Below are positions 55,580 to 64,000 of a stretch of DNA of 64,000 bases, piece after piece. The stretch lies in contig MU058781.1 of assembly GCA_013265495.1 (NCBI GenBank), positions 2,582,158-2,646,157 of the forward strand, written 5' to 3'. Both the position numbers and the translations under genes were made by a program. Position 1 is the first letter of the stretch. Each line of letters starts with the position of its first letter. A model generated the notes under the pieces. That model was not told where the DNA came from, ran no database searches, and saw only the letters and a list, made by a program, of their open reading frames with translations. Source of the stretch: Vicugna vicugna. Its lineage: Eukaryota.

Positions 55580-56072
55580 TGTGAGTGAAAAATACTGCCT
55601 GCCAAACAATAAACAAAGGGTGTTGCAGCCATCAAGCCATCACATTGCAGCCGCCCCCAACGGTGAGCCTGGAGGGAACTCATGATGCATACAGGATGCC
55701 CACCATCAGCTAAGGCAGCCACCCTCAATGGTGCAGCCTGAGGAGACTCAGTACGGAAGCACAGGATACTGGCCCGACAGCTAAGGTACATATTCGAACA
55801 ATGTCAATGAGCCCAGACTTTCGCACCTTCCCATACATACAAAAACACTAAATTCCTTAACTTGAGATCTGCTTTTCTTTAACTAACAGTAATCTTATAA
55901 TGTTCTGACTACCTAGTCTTTGTTGCAAAAACTCTTATATACCCTGGCTCCTCCCCTTCCTCTTCTGAGTAGTCCCTAAGAGGCTATCTCCCAGGCTTCA
56001 AGTCCTCAGAAAGTCCACCAAATTAAACATAATTCTCAACTTTAGGTTGTGCTTTTTTTTTTTTAGTGAACA
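55580..56072 (+). mobile_element. Probable ERV1-class solo LTR
   Basis: TG...CA termini, flanks catt/caat (4-bp TSD with one mismatch), TATA-like tatata near 55936 and attaaa near 56022, in U3-R-U5 order. Confidence 0.65.
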
Positions 56073-57606
56073 CAATCTTTACTAAAACTTTCAAACTGAT
56101 GATCTTATTATTGAACCTAATAAATAAATTTAAAAAGTGTATGTATAGCAGGTGATCATCATAAATAAAATATACCTGGCTAAAAAGAAATGGTGTTCTA
56201 CCTACCACCAACATGCTGAAAATAATTTGTTAAGGCAAAATAATCCTTTTCCAAGTTTCAATATGCCAGGAAAAAAACGCATACCTCCAGTACACAAGAA
56301 CCATACAGCCAAACAGTGAGAATCTGGCAATTTTCCATTGGGGGGGGTGACAGAAAAATGATGAACCTTATCTACCCTTGACAGGAGAATATGAGTCCAT
56401 TTCTTATGCATTTGCCACAACTGTATCTGCAGTCCTTCAGAGAAGGCAACCATTAGGTTGAAGAATGTAAGTTAATGAAGTCTCAAATTTTACTTAGTTC
56501 TTTTGTCTGGCACCAAGTTTTAATCCTAGACTGATACTATAAGTAGCTGCACATTAAAAGACTCCTTTCCACCAGGCAGTCCCTATTTTTACTTTACGCT
56601 GACCAGCTAAAGAGATTTAAACTTGTAAAAAGCCTGAGATCCTGTAAATGCCAACAGTGATTCTGCACAGTGCTATGACCGCCTGACTGCTAATCCAATT
56701 CCATATAGCTAATTAGTAAACTAGGAAACTACGACCACCTAATAAAAATAAAATTTCGTGGCGGAAAACAGGTATGCTGAAACGAAACCCAGTGAGAATA
56801 CATTCTATGTACTCACAATCCTCCTGTATTATACAAGGCCCTTCATAAACAGAGCCAGGACTCTCAAATATTTGAGATGCTGGCTTGGTGAGATTGACCA
56901 ACAGACAACAGCTGGGGAAATTTTGTACTGACCTTGTAACATCGCGGCTTACCTAGGAGATAAGGAGAATTGGCAGGAGGGACCATTATAACGGCAAAAC
57001 TCAACTGCAAGGATTTCATTCTGTTATGTGATCCCGAAGCTGGAAACCCTCTACTCTCAAATTCCTTTTCCATTTTCCAGCCCTATGATCCCATAGAAAT
57101 GCATCTCCTTCCTCCCAGTGAAAACAAAAACACCTGGAAAAACCAAAAATCAACACTGCCTTCCCAAACACTGGGTAACTGATAAACTAGTTACCTTCCT
57201 ACTTGTGTCCCCCTGATTCATTTCGCATTTTAATTCTTAAAGCCTGTAACTCTCGCCTTCCCTTCTGTTAGAGGGGCTAAGGCACCATCCAATTACCCAA
57301 GCCTCAAACAATTATCTCTACCCATCCTATTTCAAGGGTTTCTAGTTTGCTCTCATCCATCTTAACTCTTAATCCAGTACCCGCTTCCCCTTCAGACACT
57401 AAAGTTGACTCGCCCAGAACCCTAGTAGAAAGGTGAATCCCTAAGATGCCGCGAGGCACCCCCCTCCCCCAAGGGGGTGGGAGTCGGTACTCAGCTTGGC
57501 CAGTCCCGGGCCGGGGGCTGTGACCACACATCCCACCCGCTCCTTCCCCGACTCCCTCACCCTACCTCCCACCCCTACCCCCTCATCCCTACCCCCCATT
57601 CCCCTA

Positions 57607-57661
57607 CCCCCGTGCAGGCTGCTCCCAGGGAGAAGCCCCCGTGCAGGCTGCTCCCAGGGAG
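57607..57661. repeat. Perfect 26-bp direct duplication (cccccgtgcaggctgctcccagggag), period 29
   Basis: Copies at 57607-57632 and 57636-57661. Confidence 0.95.
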
Positions 57662-57979
57662 CTCCCAGCCGCCCTGCAACCTCTCGGGCCTCTCATTTTT
57701 CCACCAAAGGCAGCACTAGCATGCAAGAAGGCTTAGAAGTAGAACTACACAAGAGGCGTCCGACATGTTGTTTCAAAACAGAAAGGAGCCGGGGAACCCT
57801 TAAACCTCACATGGAGCGGAGACAAGCGATGACTCAGCCGCCTCAGGCTTCGGCCTGACCGCCCTCTTTGACCCGGCAGCCCTCTTCGACCGCAAACCTC
57901 AGTCTCCAGGACCACCAACCCTCCCCCAAACCCGCTCCGGCCTCCAGCGGACCTGACAAGGCGCCCCAAGGGTCGGTAC

Positions 57980-58070
57980 CTCGTAGAAAGCCGGGCTGCA
58001 GCAGCCCGCCTGCACCGTGGGCTCCGCCTTGTCGGACCCGCCCGCCGCCATCTTGAGCTCAGACTTCCGG
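57980..58070 (-). other. Candidate first exon of an unidentified transcript (possible ORF start MAAGGSDKAEPTVQAGCCSPAFYE)
   Basis: Strong Kozak aagATGg at 58051 and donor GAG|gtaccg at 57980/57979, followed by G-run-rich sequence typical of first introns. Product not recognised. Confidence 0.45.
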
Positions 58071-59079
58071 TCTCCAGGATCCCGGACCAGAAGCCCCCGG
58101 GGTTTTAACGACTCAGCTGGTGGGCCTTCGTTATCACAGCCCTAGACCTTCACGTGCGGCCTTGCGGCTGTCTTTAATAATTTGATGCCCTCGAGTGAGG
58201 GCTTGCCAAGTTTCTAGTAAAGAGCCAGTGCTAGACTCCCTGCCTTGCTACGAGGCCCGAGTTCCACGCAACTTTCTTATTGTACAAACCCTTTGCCCAT
58301 CAGGTGTAGCAAATCGTTTACAATTAAAGGTGATTCCAAGTAGGGGCCGCTCCGCTGGGTCTCTGATGGGTGCTCGGTTTCTTCCTGTAATTAACCTGTC
58401 AACACCACCTGTTAATAAACCGAGGTGGTTGCCAACACTGATCAAGTAAAACGTGAGGAAATTGGGTGCCATGGAAAAAATGTCAAATCAACGTATCGGA
58501 AGCATTTTCAAAAATTTGTTCTGATTCTGCTGACTTTTTAAAACAAATCATCCCTGATGAGTAGAGATTGCCAGCACCTGGGTGGATATTCTGGTACCTC
58601 ACCTCATTTTAATTGCTTGTTGTGTGGTTTCATTTTAACCTGAGATCTTAATTCCTGCAAATGATTTCTGTAGAGTGCACATTGAAAAGTTATGCACCTG
58701 CTGAAGATGGGTTTAAGCACACCAATTTCTCTATGAAAAAGACCTTGTCAGAGACCATAGTGTCTTTAATTTTCAAACGTTTGTGCAGTGCAGTGGCATA
58801 TGAGTGCTCAATAAATATAATTTTCATTCTTACATTTAATCTTTTCCCACCACCTCGGTCTCTTCCCATAGATAATTTAAATTCCCTGTGTTAATAACAA
58901 ACCTAAGATTTCCATTGAATTCCTACAGTTTGCACATTTCTTCTATAAATACTTAATACATTGCCCCATTACTGCTGAGAAACAGTCTCTGAAGCCTACT
59001 GGGGCTGCCGATTTAAAGTCTGATTCATTGTTTAGTAATTTCATAACTACTTTGCAATCAAGAATCTAGATTTAAGGAC

Positions 59080-59840
59080 CATGGTTTGGAAGACTGCAGA
59101 CCTGGATTTTGAATTCAACTCTGTCATCCACTAGTTGTTGGTCGGGTTAGTGAATCTCTCTGGGCTTCAGTTTCATCACTATAAAATGAAGATGGTAATA
59201 ATCTCAGCTGGGATTTCTTTAAAAGGTAAATGAGATAGTATACATAAAGTGCCTGACACTGAGCAAGCACTCTTCAAATGGTAGGTAGCTAGGGCAGTTA
59301 TTAACTACAGGGTGTTGCTATGTGATTAACATTTTTAGAAATACCTTCTGAGCCCATACCCCATCTCCCAATAATATAATGTAGGAGTATGGATTTTTGT
59401 TTGTTTGTTTCTGAAGATGCAATTGTTGATTATCTGAAAGAAGGAAAGTCCGTAGTGATTATTTAAGTCAATACTTCATTAATATTGATATTTCAATAGG
59501 AGAAACAGGACTGTAGTAATTAATATTTTCTAGTTCTTGATTTACACATTCCATTAACTTAGGTAGGTGCTTTGAAGCACCTAATGTCTCCCAATCTTTC
59601 GAGCAATCTCCCAGAAAAAGACGTTAATGATAATAATGATAAGAAACATTCATATAGTGCTTGGCAGGGACCAATTACTACTCTAAGTACTAATACATAT
59701 ATATTTTCACTTTTAATCCTCAAAAATCACCCTAAAAAGTAGGCACATCTATCCCTGTTTTTCAGATGAGGAAACTGAGGCACACAGAGCTTAAGTAACT
59801 TGCTCAAGATCACATTCAGCAAGTGAGTGGCAAAACACCA
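59080..59840. mobile_element. Two MIR SINEs in opposite orientation (~59080-59290 plus; ~59630-59840 minus)
   Basis: ctctctgggcttcagtttcatcactataaaatg, and ttttcagatgaggaaactgaggcac...aagtaacttgctcaagatcaca. Confidence 0.8.
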
Positions 59841-61300
59841 GAACTCAGAAAAGGAGAGATACTGCCAATCCATTGGCCGTTATTTTCTTCTATCATGTTT
59901 CATCATTACATCATTACATCATCATCTGAAACATTTCAGATGTACAAAAAAGCCAAGATGATGTGATCAAGTTCTTGCCAGTGAACTTTCTAGGACATAA
60001 AACAGAAAGGGACAAGAATCAATCTTAGGGTCAGGGCTGGGGAAGGAGGAGGTGAACAAAAAGTAATCAACTACTGTAGAGTACACATTTTATCCATCTG
60101 TTAGATTTAAGGCATTTGGAATTATGTTTCATAAAAATGTTTATATTCTTGATTTAATAATTCACTTCCAGGAATTTATCCTAGGGAAACTACTGGAGGA
60201 AAATACAATTTTCATTGTGTTGTTATTTATACTTAAAAAATAAATAACTTAAGTTCTTGGAATAATAGATTAGCTACATAAGTTGTGATACATCCATGTG
60301 ATGGAGTAATATGTAGCCCTTACAAGTATGGTCTAGGGAGGATTCTATGCCTCCATCATCCCCTTTGTACCCTCACCATCCTCACTACTATTTGAGAAAG
60401 TATCTTTCTTTAATGCAGCAATATATTGGGATTTGGATGTCAAAAACAAATTTTATATATATAGAAGAAAACACAACACTCCAATTTTACCACCCAGCTA
60501 TAAACATTACCAGTGGCATTGAGGCCCACTGTGTAGCCTTCCCAACTGCAGCCCCTGCATAAACACTACCAGAGCTTTCTGCCTCTCTTTCCCACTCAAG
60601 TCTTTATTCTTCTATTTTTATCTCCCTCTAAACAATATTGTTTAGTTTTGCATGCTTTTGCATTTAAGTTTTCTGGCATAATGACTCTATTTTTTGGATA
60701 ACTTCCTTTTATTTTCCCTTTTTATTCACTACTCTTCCCGTTTCTCTTTCCTTCCTCCCACACCCATTTCATCACTCATACAGCCAGCCTCCAGAATCAC
60801 CAAGGGGTGGGGCATCAGGTTGAGTTTTTAACATTAACACTCCAACTCCCAGTGCAGCGAGCCAGGAGAGCAGGAGAGACAACACTTACTTTGCAACGGT
60901 AGAGAGTATGATATTCTCCAATTGATCTGTCATTTAGCTGAAGGGTTCCATAGAAATTCTCTTCTCTGGCCATCCATCCCTCCGCTTCTTCCGTTTTCTC
61001 TACACCTTCCACTGGACATTTTGCAAACAAATCTCTGGAGTGCCGTCTAGTCTACTTAACAATAAGCCCCTCTTGCAGTTGGAGTCACAAAACCACAATG
61101 TCAGATGCAGAGTTACCGGTGAACCCTGCTCTCCCAGATGGCGAGCAGCCCAGAGAGATTTGGTAGAGGGAGCTGGGAATACATTAGGCCAAGTCTGTGA
61201 TGAGAACGAAAGAGACAGATGACTATTTACCACTCCAACCTAGTGGGCAGGAGTGTCGCATTCCAGATTTGTTATCGCCTTGGGGTCTGACAGGGTCATT

Positions 61301-61405
61301 AGCATATTTCCAATAAGCATAAGAGAAATAAGCGTACTTCTCTTCCAATAAGAGAAATAAGCATGTTTCCAGTAAGAGAAATAAGTATATTTCCGATCAG
61401 AGAAA
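61301..61405. repeat. Degenerate minisatellite, ~4 copies of a ~24-bp unit (agcatatttccaataagagaaata)
   Basis: taagagaaataag occurs three times, each copy joined by a variant of catatttccaa. Confidence 0.85.
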
Positions 61406-62199
61406 GAAACAGAAAATAACATTTATCTGGGGGTGCACGGGCCTGCCTCTCTCTTGTGCAAACATCGGCTGGAAAATATGACTTGGCCACCCCCCCTCCT
61501 TGGGGAGGGAGAAATTTGGAACTGTTCTGAGATGATAAAAGAACGAAGCTAGACGAGGAAGTTTAAATGCTGTTCCTGATCTGAGACAGAGAAAAGATTC
61601 ATCTTTAATAACACCAACTGCAAAGAGTATGATCGTCCACGTAGAACCCTCTCATACTGGCACCCTGGCACTGAGAGAAAGGAAAGAGTCTGGCACACAC
61701 AGGGGCGGGCAGGTGGCCAAACAGCAATGCAGTAGACTAAGGGGAGTCATTTGTAAGCCCCCCAGTAAACACAGGGTGCAGGCGAGCCCAGCCCTGCCCA
61801 GGCCTAGGGCCATAGCCCAGGAAAGTGTATTACAAGCATGTCATTGATTTGCATCACCGGTGACTATGCACATGGTAAAATCTATGAACAAAGTTTCTAA
61901 GTAGCACAGGAAAAAAAATGATTGATTTACACAAGTGTGGATTTATTTTAACCATCCATTCTGTGCCTTTCTCTAGCCAGACAAGTCTAGGCTAACATCA
62001 CTCCTGCCCCCGCCATCTCTAACCCTGGGATGCTCATTCTCTGGGGATGACAGGAGTGCATATGGAAGGTGCTGCTGTAATAAAACACAGCTCTGGCATT
62101 CGCCACAGCTCTCCATCAACACCCACTCCTTCCTCTCCCTTTCTTCGAAGAGTTTGCCTCCTGCTGTAGAACCTGACAATGACAGATAATCTTGTTCCA

Positions 62200-62460
62200 C
62201 GTGTATTTTGCAGCTCAGCAGAGCCATGGCACCCAATTCTGGCCAAAGGAGCTTGAAAGTTACAGAAAAATATCTTTCTTTTTCTAATTTCCAGTGAAAG
62301 GTTTCTCCCTATTCCTTCTTTCCATGATGGAAGCACGGGGTGCTTGGAATGGTAACCACTGTCATGTGACCACACGGGAACAGCCTCAAGATCATGAAGA
62401 AGCTGATCCAGATCCTGGACATCACTGGGCAACTGAACCAATCCTGGAATCACAAATCCC
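62200..62460 (+). mobile_element. Old MaLR LTR fragment (MLT1K/L-like)
   Basis: gccatggcacccaattctggccaa...catgtgaccacacggga...cctggacatcactgggcaactgaacca resembles the remembered MLT1K/L consensus. Confidence 0.55.
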
Positions 62461-64000
62461 TTTCACAGACATTCCCTCCCACCCTCAGGGCCTCCCACTG
62501 CAGGTAGAATAAAACACAGAGTCCTTACATGAGTCCACCAGGCGCTGCACACCAACCCCTCCCCCTCTCCAAGGACTCTCAGCCTTTGTTTAAGTTCCCC
62601 ACCCATGTTCCCCTTTTCTTCTTGTTTGCTGTCATGACCAAGTTTCTGCCTCTGGGCCTCCGCACACACTGACTAAATCCTAGTCCTTCCTCTACACCTG
62701 GCTTAAAGGCAGCTTCTTAACAGCCTTGCTTTATCACTCACTCTAAAGATCTCACAGGCTGTGCCTTCTGACAGGTCTCTGCTCTTCCCCTCAGTGACTA
62801 TGGCTGACCGGGCAGGGTCCCTCAATGTGTCTTCCAACTTCCTTCTAGAAGGCAGGGACTAACATCGAAACTGCCGTTCCCAGGCCTCCTTGAAACTGGG
62901 TTCTAGAAGTGGTTGAGATTCTGCCTATCAGACATACATGCAGGAGGTGGATTTTTCCTGCTGTTGTGTGAACAGAGAGAGAGGGAGGGAGGGAGGGAGG
63001 GAAGCTATTTGGTTGGCTGGGAGCCTGGAGGAGGAGAGTTCTCACCTTGACAAAGGCAGAAGCTCCTTTCTTGGCCCAATTTTGCATCATGGTTTGGGGC
63101 ATTGATATTGGACTTTTTGCCTAGAGTCTGTTTCTTTAGGCCTCTTTTAAAAAGACATAGCTGGGGAGCCACCTATATCTTTTAACTCACCCTTTTCTGC
63201 TTAAATTGTCTAGTGTGGATCCTATTGTCTGTAGTTTAGAACCCTGACCCACAAAGAAATACTCACTGTGATTGTAATTTTACATTTATTCATACATTTC
63301 CCTGTTACCTGGTATCTACCATATGCTCTGAACACATAGCACAGGGTATAGCACGTGTCTAGAGCCACATTTAGTTAAATAAGTAAGTGACTTTAAAAAA
63401 CCTAGACATTGCATATAAAGTTATAAGAGAAAATAAAGTCCTGAAGTCACATGTTTGATATTTAAAACTCTAGTGATGTGTAAGAAGCCAGGAAGCTAAC
63501 ATTTACAATGAATTTCCAGCTTGCTGGCTTCACCTGGCAGACTCACAGCTGTGACAGCCAAATTTTAAGAAACTGAGGACCAGGGAACATGAACTCTGTT
63601 AAATGAAATAACAATCCTGACCATAATGATTTTGTTTCTCAAGAAATGTAATTTTACTCAAAGAGCATTCCCTGGCCTGTTTCTACCCCTCCTAAGCGGG
63701 CAAGTTGCACTGAGACGTTGGCGTGGTACCGTGGAATCTCCGTCAGAGATGCAGCCTCACGTCCTCTCTTGGGGGATTCCTGGATTAGACACCGCTATGC
63801 CTAGTAGACCGTCAGGTCTGTGAGGGCACAAACCCACGTCTAGCTTGGGTAATCACTGTTCCCCGATGCTTCCTAGTACAATGCCTAACATACAGTCAGC
63901 ACTCGGTAAATAAATGGATTGTACTGTGTGTTACTTAAGTATCAATTTTCAGGTGTTTCATAACGGATTAAAGTTAGTGTTATATTTACATTAATGTATC

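Larger units (their letters stand above)
57440..58380 (-). promoter_or_regulatory. Orphan CpG-rich promoter with ETS (ACTTCCGG 58063-58070), YY1 (GCCGCCATCTTG 58044-58055), E-box (CACGTG 58151-58156) and AP-1/ARE-like (TGACTCAGC 57830-57838) motifs
   Basis: The motifs and CpG enrichment are seen directly. The minus strand reads CCGGAAGT...CAAGATGGCGGC, a classic housekeeping TSS arrangement. The strand is inferred. Confidence 0.7.

Noticed and set aside
56095..56430. Box C/D snoRNAs (TGATGA motifs near 56097, 56358 and on the minus strand near 56160), which would make the antisense transcript a snoRNA host gene
   Set aside because: No properly placed CTGA D box was found downstream of the C-box-like motifs.
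57980..58051. POLR2D or its retrocopy (shared MAAGGSD start)
   Set aside because: Similarity ends after seven residues, and such starts are common at YY1-overlapping ATGs.
62294..62512. Plus-strand exon or ORF (MMEARGAW... or MKKLIQILDITGQLN...)
   Set aside because: It overlaps an MLT1K/L-like LTR remnant, and the more protein-like frame has upstream stops. Exonisation cannot be supported from sequence alone.
1..64000. CRISPR arrays, operons or other prokaryotic/phage systems; remaining short ORFs in the track
   Set aside because: The sequence is clearly mammalian with spliceosomal introns. There is no repeat-spacer array, and the other ORFs are short, unrecognisable or fall within repeats.

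Overview
Mammalian genomic DNA, probably a camelid (alpaca/llama/camel), inferred from three short tRNA-Ala-derived Vic-1-like SINEs and artiodactyl-type L1 3' ends. Positions ~1-28.8 kb hold the last five coding exons of HIVEP1 (Schnurri-1/ZAS1) on the + strand: 1068-1201, 1880-2055, 6798-6899, 25115-25626 and 27185-28249, followed by the 3' UTR. These exons splice into one open frame encoding the C-terminal C2H2 zinc-finger pair, the acidic region and the terminal [11 protein letters not shown]. The first of these introns is GC-AG. The rest is repeat-rich sequence (L1, L2, MIR, MER2, MER58, MaLR/ERVL/ERV1 LTRs) that should lie between HIVEP1 and EDN1 by human synteny. The most unexpected signal is an orphan CpG-rich, housekeeping-type promoter at ~57.4-58.4 kb. 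It has ETS and YY1 motifs, a Kozak ATG and a splice donor pointing back toward HIVEP1, with candidate minus-strand exons downstream, suggesting an unrecognised convergent transcript or micropeptide gene. No prokaryotic systems, CRISPR arrays, rRNA or functional tRNA were found. Repeat family names and comparisons with human HIVEP1 are from memory, not from searches, and repeat boundaries are approximate.
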